Shown here piece by piece: positions 52,588 to 62,256 of a stretch of 64,000 nucleotides of DNA. Source of the stretch: an uncultured Gemmatimonadaceae bacterium (GTDB taxonomy: Bacteria > Gemmatimonadota > Gemmatimonadetes > Gemmatimonadales > Gemmatimonadaceae); assembly GCA_963740355.1 (NCBI GenBank), contig CAVUDW010000002.1, positions 2,400,001 through 2,464,000 on the forward strand. The letters run 5' to 3'. How positions within the stretch are numbered: position 1 is the stretch's first letter; each line of letters starts with the position of its first letter. The position numbers and the translations under genes were made by a program. Under the pieces are notes generated by a model, which saw only the letters and a program-made list of their open reading frames with translations, was not told where the DNA came from and ran no database searches.

Positions 52588-53406
52588 TCAGCTGGCGCGG
52601 ACTGCCGCCCACATCGCGTCGCGATCGGCCGTGAGACCGAACCAGCGCTCGAAGGCGCGTGCCCCTTGCCCGATGAGCATGCCAAGCCCGTCGTCGGCAC
52701 GCCTCCCCTGCGCACGCGCCAACTGGACGAACGGTGTCGGCCCGGTCTTGCGGTACACGAGATCGAGACACGCGGCACCAGCGCGCAGTACTGCGGGATT
52801 GAACGGAACCTGCTCGTCGCGCATGCCGATCGGTGTCGTGTTCACGACCAGGTCGGTGCCGCGCAGCGCATCGGCCATGAATTCCTCCGGTGCGGTGTGA
52901 CCGACTGGGCCAAGTGGTACGATCGATTCCGATCGAGCGAAGGTGCGTGACCAGATCGCGACGCGACTCCCGGGCCAGGCGCTGACAGCGGCGACCACTG
53001 CTCGCGCGGATCCGCCGGCGCCCAGCACGGCGACCCGTGCGTTCGCAGGAATCTCGCCGAGCAGCGCGACAACCGCGTCATCGAATCCACCCACATCGGT
53101 GTTGTCTCCGTGCAACTCGCCGTCCACCGACCACCAGGTGTTCACCGCACCGAGGCGCGACGCAAGCGGCGTCAGCACGTCGCAGAGCTGCGCTACGCGT
53201 TCCTTGTGTGGGATCGTGACGTTGCCGGCCGCCCCATCACGCACCAGCTCGCGCAGTCGTGATTCGAGCTGCTCCGGAGCGACATCCATCGCTTCGTATG
53301 TCGCCGCGATGCCGGCAGCCTGAAGCGCCGCCGTCTGGAATACCGGTGAAAGCGAATGTGCGACCGGTTGCCCAAGCAGCACCAGCCGCCTGGGTGCGGG
53401 TCTCAA
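52588..53406 (-). CDS. aroE: Shikimate dehydrogenase
   Basis: HSLSP, NVTIPHK, GAVNT, NTD, GAGGSAR, DLVY, GLGMLIGQG. Confidence 0.95.
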   Translation of the reverse strand: MRPAPRRLVLLGQPVAHSLSPVFQTAALQAAGIAATYEAMDVAPEQLESRLRELVRDGAAGNVTIPHKERVAQLCDVLTPLASRLGAVNTWWSVDGELHGDNTDVGGFDDAVVALLGEIPANARVAVLGAGGSARAVVAAVSAWPGSRVAIWSRTFARSESIVPLGPVGHTAPEEFMADALRGTDLVVNTTPIGMRDEQVPFNPAVLRAGAACLDLVYRKTGPTPFVQLARAQGRRADDGLGMLIGQGARAFERWFGLTADRDAMWAAVRAS

Positions 53407-53888
53407 CGCGACGGCGACGCCTTGTCGGCCGCCAGACGGTCGAAGGCGCGGCTGATGAGTGCGTGCAACTCGTCGAAGGTGTCGCGATACACCGTGATGT
53501 CGCCGCCGATCGGATCACTCACCGGACGGGACTGCTCACCGTGCGACGCGAAGCTGCTCAGCAGGTACGACTTGCCCTGTCCGCCCAACCCTTCCACCGC
53601 CAGCAGGTGACTCGGGCTCATCGTGAGAATCACATTCGCGCCAGCGACCATCGCCGCGGTCACCTGCCGTGAGCGGTGCCGCGAGAGATCGAGGCCGTGC
53701 TCCATCGCAATCAGGAGCGATCCCTCGGATGCGCCGCTCACTGCATCGGCAGCGACACCAGCGCTGGCGACGGTAACGTCAACGAGGTGGCGGTCCGCCA
53801 CGATGGCACGAGCAATTACCTCGGCCATCGGACTGCGGCACGTATTCCCAGTGCAGACGAACAGCACGCGAAGCGGAGAATCAGGCAT
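53403..53888 (-). CDS. Low-molecular-weight protein phosphatase, YwlE-like (arginine phosphatase signature)
   Basis: LFVCTGNTCRSPMAE P-loop, SAG, DPIGG. Confidence 0.88.
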   Translation of the reverse strand: MPDSPLRVLFVCTGNTCRSPMAEVIARAIVADRHLVDVTVASAGVAADAVSGASEGSLLIAMEHGLDLSRHRSRQVTAAMVAGANVILTMSPSHLLAVEGLGGQGKSYLLSSFASHGEQSRPVSDPIGGDITVYRDTFDELHALISRAFDRLAADKASPSR

Positions 53889-54552
53889 CGCCAAGCAGGT
53901 CAGGGACAGTCTCGCGCAAGATTGCCGCGCTGATGGCGCCGGGTCGAATCACCCGCAAACGCCGTCCAGTGCAGTCTACCACCGTACTGGGCGGTGAGGG
54001 AGGCAGCGCGCCGCCATCGAGGACCATCAGCAGCCCCCGGTTGATCTCGGCGGTCCATTGCTCGACCACCTCGCCCGCCCGCATTGCCGGTGGCACGCCA
54101 GGCCGATTGGCCGATGTGGACGTGAGCGGCGACCCCAGCGCACTGATCAGCCGCTGCAAGCCGGCGTGCGGAGTCCAACGCACCGCAATACCGCCCTCGG
54201 GGCCTCGCAGACGCGCCGGAAGCTGCCCTTCGCCACCGGGCAGCACCAGCGTCAGCGGCCCGGGCCAGTGCCGCGCCGCCAGATGTGCAGCCTGCGCGGA
54301 GAGCGACAATCCCAGACGGGTGAGCATCTCGCTGTTCGACACCAGCAGCAAGAACGGCTTGGCCGGCGGTCGGCGCTTCAGTGTCACCAGCTTTTCGACC
54401 GACTCAAAGTCGACCATCGTCCCGAAGCCATACACTGTCTCGGTCGGATACGCGAGCACACCGCGATCCTGCAGGTGCATCACGATCCGCGTCAGTGATG
54501 CCTGCACTTCATCAGGCGACCAGAACGGCGTGACGACGCTGCGCCAGCTCAC
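53881..54552 (-). CDS. tsaC: L-threonylcarbamoyladenylate synthase (TsaC/Sua5 YrdC domain)
   Basis: YPTETVYG, KRRP, WPGPLT, STSAN, PSTVVD. Confidence 0.93.
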   Translation of the reverse strand: MSWRSVVTPFWSPDEVQASLTRIVMHLQDRGVLAYPTETVYGFGTMVDFESVEKLVTLKRRPPAKPFLLLVSNSEMLTRLGLSLSAQAAHLAARHWPGPLTLVLPGGEGQLPARLRGPEGGIAVRWTPHAGLQRLISALGSPLTSTSANRPGVPPAMRAGEVVEQWTAEINRGLLMVLDGGALPPSPPSTVVDCTGRRLRVIRPGAISAAILRETVPDLLGDA

Positions 54553-55373
54553 TCGGGCAGCACCGACAGCGTTTCGGCGATCGCGAAATCACCGGCGTCC
54601 GTGACCTTCATGCCTCGTTCGCTGCCGCGCACGACGACGACCGGGAAGCCATAGTGCTCGCAGAGCGCGGCGTCGTCAGTGGCTGCCAGCTTGTCGCGAC
54701 GCGCACGCGTGTGCACTTCGTCGATCATCGCCCGCGGAAAGGCCTGCGGCGTCTGGGCGCGCCAGAGGTTCGTGCGATCGACTGTTCGCACGATCCGTCC
54801 GTCGGCGTCTACTTCCTTCAGCGTATCGACGACCGGGAGCGCGGCGATCGCGCCGTGGCCGTTACGCGCTTCACGAATGACGCGGTCGATCACGGTACCG
54901 CTCGCGAGCGGACGCGCCGCATCGTGAATGACGACCGTCTCGATGTTTTCGGGCATGTCCTCGAGCCCGTTGTACACCGACTGCATGCGATCGCGGCCGC
55001 CCTGGCTGACCAGCATGCGATCGATATCGCACTGGAAGATCCATGGCGGCGGATCGGCCGCGTAGTCGCGTGGGAGCACGACGACCACCAATGCCACGTC
55101 TGGACGCAACTGGAAGGTCTGCAGGCTGTGCAGCACCATCGGCTTCCCCGCGACCCAGCGAAATTGCTTCAGTTCCGTGCCGCCGACACGTGTACCGCTG
55201 CCGCCTGCGACGATCACGACCCCGACGTTTGGAGTCGCGGCCGCGGCGACCTCTCGCAGTTCGGCTGGACGCGCGTCCCGGTCGAGATTGGCTGCGGCTC
55301 GCGCGCCAACTTCGATGCCGTCGTGCATCTCCGTCGGGAGATCCTCGTATTTCGGTGCGTTCGGATCGGTCAT
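54549..55373 (-). CDS. ispD: 2-C-methyl-D-erythritol 4-phosphate cytidylyltransferase
   Basis: AGGSGTR, KQF, IHDAARP, AQTPQAF, TDDA, KVT. Confidence 0.95.
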   Translation of the reverse strand: MTDPNAPKYEDLPTEMHDGIEVGARAAANLDRDARPAELREVAAAATPNVGVVIVAGGSGTRVGGTELKQFRWVAGKPMVLHSLQTFQLRPDVALVVVVLPRDYAADPPPWIFQCDIDRMLVSQGGRDRMQSVYNGLEDMPENIETVVIHDAARPLASGTVIDRVIREARNGHGAIAALPVVDTLKEVDADGRIVRTVDRTNLWRAQTPQAFPRAMIDEVHTRARRDKLAATDDAALCEHYGFPVVVVRGSERGMKVTDAGDFAIAETLSVLPE

Positions 55374-56752
55374 GTGAAGATGGTGTCGAGCAGGTCACGC
55401 ACATTGGCCACGCCAATGACTTTCAGCCCGTTCGGTGCCTTGACTCGCGCCGTCGTCTTCGAGACATAGGCCCTCGTCAGGCCGAGACGCGCCGCTTCGG
55501 CGAGGCGACGTTCGAGCTGGGAAACGGCGCGAATTTCGCCGCCGAGGCCGATCTCGCCAAGGAACAACGCATCACCGGGCAGCGAACGATCGTACACTGA
55601 CGAGGCCAGCGCCGCCGCCACTGCCGCATCACCGGACGGCTCAGTCAGCCGCATCCCGCCGACGACGTTGACGAATGCATCGAGTTGCGCGAAGCCGAGG
55701 CCGGCGCGCTTCTCGAGCACGGCAAGCAGCAGCGCCAGTCGGCGCGGATCGTATCCAGTGGTCACTCGCTGCGGCGTTCCGAAGCCGGCCTTCGCGGCCA
55801 GCCCCTGGATTTCGACGAGGAGCGGACGCGTGCCTTCGAGCGGGGCAGTGAGTGCACTGCCACTGGCGGTCTGCGTACGGTCGCCCATGAAGAGCGCTGA
55901 GGGATTCGCGACCGGCTGCAGTCCTGCTGCATCCATCCGGAATACCCCAATCTCATCGACGCTGCCGAATCGATTCTTGGTCGCTCGCAGCAACCGATAG
56001 TCTGCGCCCGACTCGCCCTCGAAGTACAGCACCGTGTCGACGATGTGTTCGAGCGTCTTCGGGCCAGCGATGCCACCACCCTTCGTCACATGCCCAACGA
56101 CGAAGATCGCGGTGCCAAGCTCCTTTGCGGCACGCATCAGTCGTGCGGCGCACTCACGCACCTGCCCCACGTTGCCGGGTGCACCCTCGAGTTCCTCGGT
56201 GTGCACGGTCTGGATCGAGTCGATGACCGCGATCATCGGGCGCGTGGCCTCGAGATGCGCGAGAATCGTCTCCAGGTGTGTTTCAGGCAGGAACTCGACG
56301 TCCCCTGCGCCGTCGCCGAGTCGGTCGGCGCGCAGCTTCACCTGCAACGGGCTCTCCTCGCCGCTCACGTAGAGCGCAGCATGCCCCATGCCCTGCAGCC
56401 GTGCCACGACCTGCAGCAGGAGCGTCGACTTGCCGATACCGGGCTCACCGCCGACCAGCACCATGCTGCCGGGCACGATGCCACCGCCAAGCACGAAGTC
56501 GAACTCGGCGAGGCCTGTCTTGAGCCGCGTTGACTCGGTGCCGCTGACGGCGCTCAACTTCGCAGCGCGCGTGGACACCATGCCGCGTCGTGTGGTGGTG
56601 GCCGGCCTGCCGATGATCTTCGACGGCGCCTTCTCGACGATCTCCTCGACCAGCGTCGACCACTCGCCGCACGTTTCGCACCGACCACCCCACTTCGGAT
56701 GTTCGGCACCGCAATTCGTGCAGCGGTAGGCAGTCTTCGTCTTGGCGCTCAC
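55370..56752 (-). CDS. radA: DNA repair protein RadA/Sms
   Basis: Zinc finger CTNC...CETC, GEPGIGKST, KNRFG, GEIGLGGE. Confidence 0.97.
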   Translation of the reverse strand: MSAKTKTAYRCTNCGAEHPKWGGRCETCGEWSTLVEEIVEKAPSKIIGRPATTTRRGMVSTRAAKLSAVSGTESTRLKTGLAEFDFVLGGGIVPGSMVLVGGEPGIGKSTLLLQVVARLQGMGHAALYVSGEESPLQVKLRADRLGDGAGDVEFLPETHLETILAHLEATRPMIAVIDSIQTVHTEELEGAPGNVGQVRECAARLMRAAKELGTAIFVVGHVTKGGGIAGPKTLEHIVDTVLYFEGESGADYRLLRATKNRFGSVDEIGVFRMDAAGLQPVANPSALFMGDRTQTASGSALTAPLEGTRPLLVEIQGLAAKAGFGTPQRVTTGYDPRRLALLLAVLEKRAGLGFAQLDAFVNVVGGMRLTEPSGDAAVAAALASSVYDRSLPGDALFLGEIGLGGEIRAVSQLERRLAEAARLGLTRAYVSKTTARVKAPNGLKVIGVANVRDLLDTIFT

Positions 56753-58158
56753 TCGCCCTGCGTGCGCTTGGAGAAGTTCTCGAACCGCGTGTACTGCTTG
56801 TGGAAGTACAGCGGTACCGTCCCGATCGGGCCGTTGCGCTGCTTGCCGATGATGATCTCCGCCTTGCCGTCGAGTTCCGCGTTTTTCAGCCGTCCCGACT
56901 CGTCCCGCTCCGCGTAGATCTCCTGGCGGAAGATGAAGAGAATCAGGTCGGCATCCTGCTCGATGGCGCCCGACTCGCGAAGGTCGCTGAGCTGCGGTCG
57001 TCCCTTCTCGTCGCCGGCACGCTGCTCCGGGGCACGGGAGAGCTGCGACAATGCCACCACGGGCACCTTCAGTTCCTTCGCCAGCGCCTTCAGGCCACGA
57101 CTGATCTGGCTCACCTCCTGCTGCCGATTTTCGGCATTCGGGCCGGTCATCAGCTGCAGGTAGTCGACGATGATCAGGCCGAGCTTCGAGTCTGGATCGG
57201 CTTTCAGGCGACGCGCCTTGGCGCGCATGTCGAGCACCGTCATGCCCGGTGCGTCATCGATGTAGATCGGGGCCTGCGACAGGATCCCGACGGCACGCGC
57301 GAGGCGTGGCCAGTCATCATCACGCAGCCGTCCGGTGCGCATCGCCTGCGCGTCGAGTCGGGCTTCGCTGGTGATCATGCGCTGCACCAGCGATTCCTTG
57401 CTCATTTCGAGCGAGAAAAACGCCACACCGACGCCTTCGGTGATCGCGACATGCTGCGCGATGTTGAGCGTGAGCGCCGTCTTGCCCATCGACGGGCGCG
57501 CGGCCACGATGATCAGGTCCGACGGCTGGAATCCTGACGTCATCTGGTCGAGGTCGGAGAAGCCGCTCGCCACACCCGTGACCGACCGTCCTTCCTTGGC
57601 GATGCTTTCGATGCGTTCCATCGCCGGGTACATCAACGTCTTGATGCGGGTGAATCCTTCACCGCCCTTGTCCTGCCCGACCTGCAGGATGCGCTGCTCG
57701 GCAAAGTCGAGCAGGTCGCGCGCAGGTTGCCGGGCCTCGAAGGCTTCGCCGGCGATCTGCGTCGAGACCTCGATCAGGCGGCGCAGCAGCGCCTTCTCCT
57801 TCACGATGCGCGCGTGATGCTCGATGTTGGCCGCCGTCGGCACCGCATCGGCGAGGAAGCTCAGGTACTCACGCCCGCCGGCAGCGTCCATCTCGCCGCG
57901 CCGCTCGAGCTCATCCGCGAGCGTCACCACGTCGATGCCGCTGCCCTTCTCCATCAACGCGATGATTGCGCGATAGATGCGGCGATGTCCCTCGCGGAAG
58001 AACATCGTGTCATCGACGATTTCGGTCGCACGCGTGATCGCCTCGGCGTCGATCAGCATCGCGGCGAGGACGGACTGCTCCGCATCCTCCGATTGTGGAG
58101 GGCGGCGGTCGCGGTACGGATCAGGCCCGGATGGTCGCGTCGAGAATTCGTCGGGCAA
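56749..58158 (-). CDS. dnaB: Replicative DNA helicase
   Basis: PPQSEDAEQSVL, ARPSMGKT, DYLQL, SQLSR, DLRESGAIEQDAD, KQRNGP; start uncertain (TTG at 58158). Confidence 0.96.
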   Translation of the reverse strand: MPDEFSTRPSGPDPYRDRRPPQSEDAEQSVLAAMLIDAEAITRATEIVDDTMFFREGHRRIYRAIIALMEKGSGIDVVTLADELERRGEMDAAGGREYLSFLADAVPTAANIEHHARIVKEKALLRRLIEVSTQIAGEAFEARQPARDLLDFAEQRILQVGQDKGGEGFTRIKTLMYPAMERIESIAKEGRSVTGVASGFSDLDQMTSGFQPSDLIIVAARPSMGKTALTLNIAQHVAITEGVGVAFFSLEMSKESLVQRMITSEARLDAQAMRTGRLRDDDWPRLARAVGILSQAPIYIDDAPGMTVLDMRAKARRLKADPDSKLGLIIVDYLQLMTGPNAENRQQEVSQISRGLKALAKELKVPVVALSQLSRAPEQRAGDEKGRPQLSDLRESGAIEQDADLILFIFRQEIYAERDESGRLKNAELDGKAEIIIGKQRNGPIGTVPLYFHKQYTRFENFSKRTQGE

Positions 58159-59206
58159 GTTTGATGTCTTCCCACGTAGGACGCTTCCAGGCTTCGTTGC
58201 GCAGGAGAGCGGCCGGGTGATAGGTGGCGACGAGCGGGATGCCCTGGTACCAGTGCAGCTGCTGTCGCAGCTTGCCGATAGCAAGCTTAGTCCCGAGCAA
58301 CGACTGCGCGGCGTACGTCCCGAGTGCAATGATGATCTTGGGCTGCACCAGGTCCACCTGGCGCTGCAGGAACGGTGCGCACGCGCGGACCTCATCCGGC
58401 ATCGGGTTGCGATTCCCCGGCGGACGATGCTTCAGCACATTGCAGATATACACCGATTGACGGTCGAGTTGGATCGCACCGAGAATCTTCGTCAGCAGCT
58501 CACCGGCGGGGCCGACGAATGGCTCGCCGGTGAGATCCTCCTTTTCACCCGGCGCCTCGCCAACGACCATCACGTCGGCGATCGGGTTTCCAACGCCTGG
58601 CACCGGTCGCGTTGCCGTGGCTGCCAGTCCGCATGCCTTGCAGGCCGCGATGGCCGCCGTGACCTGACCGAGCGAGTGCCACTCAGTTCCTGCCGCCGCG
58701 CCGAGCAATGCGGGACGTTCAGCGCGCAGGCCGAGCGGAAACACCACACCTTCGACGCGCAGCGTGCCGACTTTTCGCTCGACGGCAGGTTCGGAAACTG
58801 ACGATTCCTGCGGTGGTGGCGTCGGCGCCGCCGCCGGCCGCCCTGTCGACGCACCAGCAAGAGTCTTCATCATCTCGCGCCAGTCAGCACCGGGCTCCGA
58901 CTCGACGATCGGCACATCCGCTTCCCGCGACCTGTCGATGCGCGCGGGCGCCGGCTGCGAGGCAGACGTATCGCTCTGTGATGAAGCGCGCGGCGACGGC
59001 GCGTCGTGCGGCGTTGGTTGCTGCTGCTGCGGCGGCGGCGACGAGACACCGGTCGCCGGAGGCGTCGACGCAGCGGCGCCGCCGCCCTGCAGGGCACCCA
59101 GCATACGCATGACGTCATCGACATCGAGCGCGTCGAGTACCATCTCCGACTCGCCCAGCTCGCGACGTTGTTCGAGGTACGCGCGGAGGCGCTCCTTCGC
59201 ATTCAT
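58121..59206 (-). CDS. Uracil-DNA glycosylase family 4 with long low-complexity N-terminal region
   Basis: CKACGL, GEAPG, PFVGPAG, NVLKHRPPGNR, TYHPAALLR. Confidence 0.92.
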   Translation of the reverse strand: MNAKERLRAYLEQRRELGESEMVLDALDVDDVMRMLGALQGGGAAASTPPATGVSSPPPQQQQPTPHDAPSPRASSQSDTSASQPAPARIDRSREADVPIVESEPGADWREMMKTLAGASTGRPAAAPTPPPQESSVSEPAVERKVGTLRVEGVVFPLGLRAERPALLGAAAGTEWHSLGQVTAAIAACKACGLAATATRPVPGVGNPIADVMVVGEAPGEKEDLTGEPFVGPAGELLTKILGAIQLDRQSVYICNVLKHRPPGNRNPMPDEVRACAPFLQRQVDLVQPKIIIALGTYAAQSLLGTKLAIGKLRQQLHWYQGIPLVATYHPAALLRNEAWKRPTWEDIKLARRILDATIRA

Positions 59207-60411
59207 CGACGCTGCTCCAATGTCCGCGCGATCCGGTCGAGCAAGACATCAGCCAGGTCGGACTTCTGCATCATCGGCGGCGTCTCGCGGCTGCCATCGG
59301 CACCCAGGATCACCACCCGATTGGTATCGGTGCCAAATCCCGCGCCCGCTTCGGTGGCGTCGTTCGCCACGATGAAGTCGAGACCCTTGCGAAGGAGTTT
59401 TGCCTGGGCGTTGTCCTCGACGTTCGTCGTCTCGAGCGCGAAGCCCATCACGACCACGCCAGCCGCCCGGAACTGGCGTGTGCTGGCAAGGATGTCGTCG
59501 GTATGCTCGAGCGCGATGGTTGGTGCCGCATCTCCCTTCTTGATCTTCTGTCCAGCCACCGTCGCGGCGCGGAAGTCCGCCGGGGCCGCCGCCATGATGA
59601 GGGCGTCGGCACCTGGCAATGCTGCGGCCACCGCGTCGCGCATATCGGCCGTGGAGGTCACCGCGATGTGGTCGCCGCCAGGTGGCAGCGGCACTTCGAG
59701 CGGACCGTGCACCAGTGTGACGTGTGCGCCACGACGCCACGCCGCCGCAGCAATTGCCACACCCATGCGTCCGCTGCTGTGGTTTGTGATGTAGCGAACT
59801 GGATCGAGAGCCTCGTGCGTTGGCCCGGCCGTGACCACGATGCGCTTCCCTGCCAGCCCGTGCGCAGTTTCGAGCAATCGACCGCAGTGCGCGAGGATTG
59901 TCTCGGGCTCCGGCAGTCGCCCAGGTCCCACGCCCTCACCGAACGCGAGGGGTCCGACAGCCGGATCGAGAATGTGGTATCCAATCTCACCAAGTGTCGC
60001 GACGTTCCGGCGCACGAGCTCGTGTGACCACATCCCGTCGTTCATTGCCGGCGCGATGAGGACCGGTGCTCGCGTAGCCAGAAGCACGGCGGTCATCTGA
60101 TCATCGGCACGTCCCTGCGCCGCGCGCGCCAGCAGATCGGCTGTGGCTGGTGCGATCACGACCAGGTCTGCCTGCTTCGCAAGGCGGATGTGCGCGAGCG
60201 CATGTCCCGCGTCGAGGACGTCGGGGGCGACAGGCCGGCCCGTGACCGCCTCGAAGGTGATCGGGCCGATGAACTCGCGGGCAGCGCGCGACATGATCAC
60301 GTCAACGACTGCGCCCGCCTGAGAGAGCAGGCGGGCGAGCGTGACAGCCTTGTAGCAGGCGATTCCGCCCGTCACCCCGAGGATGACACGGCGGCCGTCG
60401 AAGGGGCGCAT
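59203..60411 (-). CDS. coaBC: Bifunctional phosphopantothenoylcysteine decarboxylase / phosphopantothenate-cysteine ligase
   Basis: GVTGGIACYK, APATAD, PAMN, TAGPTHE, NHSSGRMG, GFALET. Confidence 0.95.
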   Translation of the reverse strand: MRPFDGRRVILGVTGGIACYKAVTLARLLSQAGAVVDVIMSRAAREFIGPITFEAVTGRPVAPDVLDAGHALAHIRLAKQADLVVIAPATADLLARAAQGRADDQMTAVLLATRAPVLIAPAMNDGMWSHELVRRNVATLGEIGYHILDPAVGPLAFGEGVGPGRLPEPETILAHCGRLLETAHGLAGKRIVVTAGPTHEALDPVRYITNHSSGRMGVAIAAAAWRRGAHVTLVHGPLEVPLPPGGDHIAVTSTADMRDAVAAALPGADALIMAAAPADFRAATVAGQKIKKGDAAPTIALEHTDDILASTRQFRAAGVVVMGFALETTNVEDNAQAKLLRKGLDFIVANDATEAGAGFGTDTNRVVILGADGSRETPPMMQKSDLADVLLDRIARTLEQRR

Positions 60412-60430
60412 CGGGCTCGCCCCCAATCGG

Positions 60431-60646
60431 TCAGTCGGGGCGACGGCGCGGCATCACGCGATAGTCGAAGTCCTTGCCATGCAGGTCTTCGAGCGCGCGC
60501 GTGGTGAGCTTCTTCTCCTTGCCGGTGCTTCCCATCTTCGGGAATTCGTTCAGCACGCGCGCGTACTTGGCCGCCACGAGGACGCCCAGGTACTTGTTCT
60601 GCGACTGCTGCTGTTCGGTGATATCGCCGGGTGTGAAGACTCGCAT
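60431..60646 (-). CDS. rpoZ: RNA polymerase omega subunit
   Basis: NKYLGVLVAAKYAR, ALED; conserved position between gmk and coaBC. Confidence 0.8.
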   Translation of the reverse strand: MRVFTPGDITEQQQSQNKYLGVLVAAKYARVLNEFPKMGSTGKEKKLTTRALEDLHGKDFDYRVMPRRRPD

Positions 60647-60718
60647 TCGTTTCCATCTCCTCGGCGCATGTGCGCCGTTGGGTGACCAGCCTGCGGAATG
60701 ACGTGGGCCATTCCGGTG

Positions 60719-61354
60719 CTACCGGATCGCGTCGCGCAGCTCGTTGGCGAGTGCCGTCACGCGTTCCTTCAGATCCGTCAACCGCGTGCGACGCAACGCC
60801 TCCGCATCGATGATGCTCAGCACCTGCGCGACCGCGTGTTCCAACTCGTCGTTCACGACCACGTACTCGAACTGATCTATCGTAGCCAGCTCCGTCAGCG
60901 CGCTGTCAACGCGGGTGGTCAGCGTGGCGCGATCCTCCGAACCACGTCCAGACAGACGGGACAGCAACTCCACCGCCGAGGGCGGCAACAAAAAGATCAA
61001 AACGGCCTCGGGAAAGGCCTCGACGAACTGCACAGCACCCTGCACATCGATCGTCATGATCGGATTCCGACCGGCGGTCATCAGCCGGTCGATCTCGCTG
61101 CGCAACGTGCCGTACCGCTTGCCGTGGACCAGTGCGTGCTCGGCAAAATGCCCCTGCGCCACCCTGGCCTCGAACTCATCCCCAGCCAAGAAAAAGTAAT
61201 CGACACCGTCCCGCTCCGCAGGTCGTGGCGGTCGAGTGGTGCAGGTCACACTGAAACCGAGGTCCCTCCGGACCTCCAGCAGCCGCTTCGCAATGGTCGT
61301 CTTCCCCGTTCCCGATGGGGCTGCCAGAATGACCGGGAAGGCCGGTGTCGTCAT
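60719..61354 (-). CDS. gmk: Guanylate kinase
   Basis: APSGTGKTT, TTRPPRPAERDGVDYFF, YGT, DVQGA. Confidence 0.96.
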   Translation of the reverse strand: MTTPAFPVILAAPSGTGKTTIAKRLLEVRRDLGFSVTCTTRPPRPAERDGVDYFFLAGDEFEARVAQGHFAEHALVHGKRYGTLRSEIDRLMTAGRNPIMTIDVQGAVQFVEAFPEAVLIFLLPPSAVELLSRLSGRGSEDRATLTTRVDSALTELATIDQFEYVVVNDELEHAVAQVLSIIDAEALRRTRLTDLKERVTALANELRDAIR

Positions 61355-62256
61355 TCGAGGTTCTCGACTTGCTCGCGCATCCGCTCCAGTTCTTCCTTAA
61401 TGAGAACAACTTCTCGCTGCATGGCGGCATCGTTCGCCTTGCTTCCGGTCGTGTTCGCCTCGCGGACCATCTCCTGCAGGATGAAGCCGAGCCGTTTGCC
61501 CACCGCTTCCGTGCCGGGCGCCGCAATGGCAGCGCGACAAGCGGTGTTGTGCGAGGCGAACCGACTCAGTTCCTCGGCCACATCGACGCGGTCGGCCAGA
61601 ATCGCGATCTCCTGCGCCAGGCGCTGCGGATCCACGGCGACGCCGGCGGCCAGCTCCTGGACGGCCGCAGCGAGCCGATCACGTTGCTCGACGAGGCGCT
61701 GTGGGGCTCGTGCCGCGAGGTTGGCGAGGGCACCTTCGATGATCACCAGCCGATCGAGCAGGTACTGCGCGAGACGGGCGCCTTCGGCCTCACGCATGCG
61801 AACGAAGGCGTCGATCGCAGCACTCGCGAGGGCGAGGATCGCCGCCTGGTCGAGGGACCCGATCGACTCGTCATCATCGATCGAGCTGGTGACGACATCG
61901 GGCAGCCGCAGCAGGGAGGCAACGTCGATGCGCGTGTCGATCCCGGCATCCTCGGGGATCGCACGCAGTTGCTGCGCATACGCGACGAGGCGCGCGACGT
62001 CGATGCGCGGCCCCTCGTTGTTCTCGCGTTCGATGCGCAAGGAAAACGTGACGTGGCCGCGGGTGACACTCTTGCGCAGCAGCTCACGGATTTCCGTTTC
62101 CATCCGGGTCAATGCCGGCGGCAACTTGACGGACGGCGTGAAGAACCGATGATTGACGCTGCGCACCTCCACGGACAGGCGGTGAGAGCCGATCATCGCG
62201 TCGGCATTTCCGTACCCTGTCATGCTTTGGAGTGTGCCGATCATGTGCGACGCCAT
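61351..62256 (-). CDS. yicC: YicC/YloC family endoribonuclease
   Basis: SMTGYG, RSVNHRF, DVAEELSRF, QEMVREANTTGSK, REQVENLE. Confidence 0.94.
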   Translation of the reverse strand: MASHMIGTLQSMTGYGNADAMIGSHRLSVEVRSVNHRFFTPSVKLPPALTRMETEIRELLRKSVTRGHVTFSLRIERENNEGPRIDVARLVAYAQQLRAIPEDAGIDTRIDVASLLRLPDVVTSSIDDDESIGSLDQAAILALASAAIDAFVRMREAEGARLAQYLLDRLVIIEGALANLAARAPQRLVEQRDRLAAAVQELAAGVAVDPQRLAQEIAILADRVDVAEELSRFASHNTACRAAIAAPGTEAVGKRLGFILQEMVREANTTGSKANDAAMQREVVLIKEELERMREQVENLE

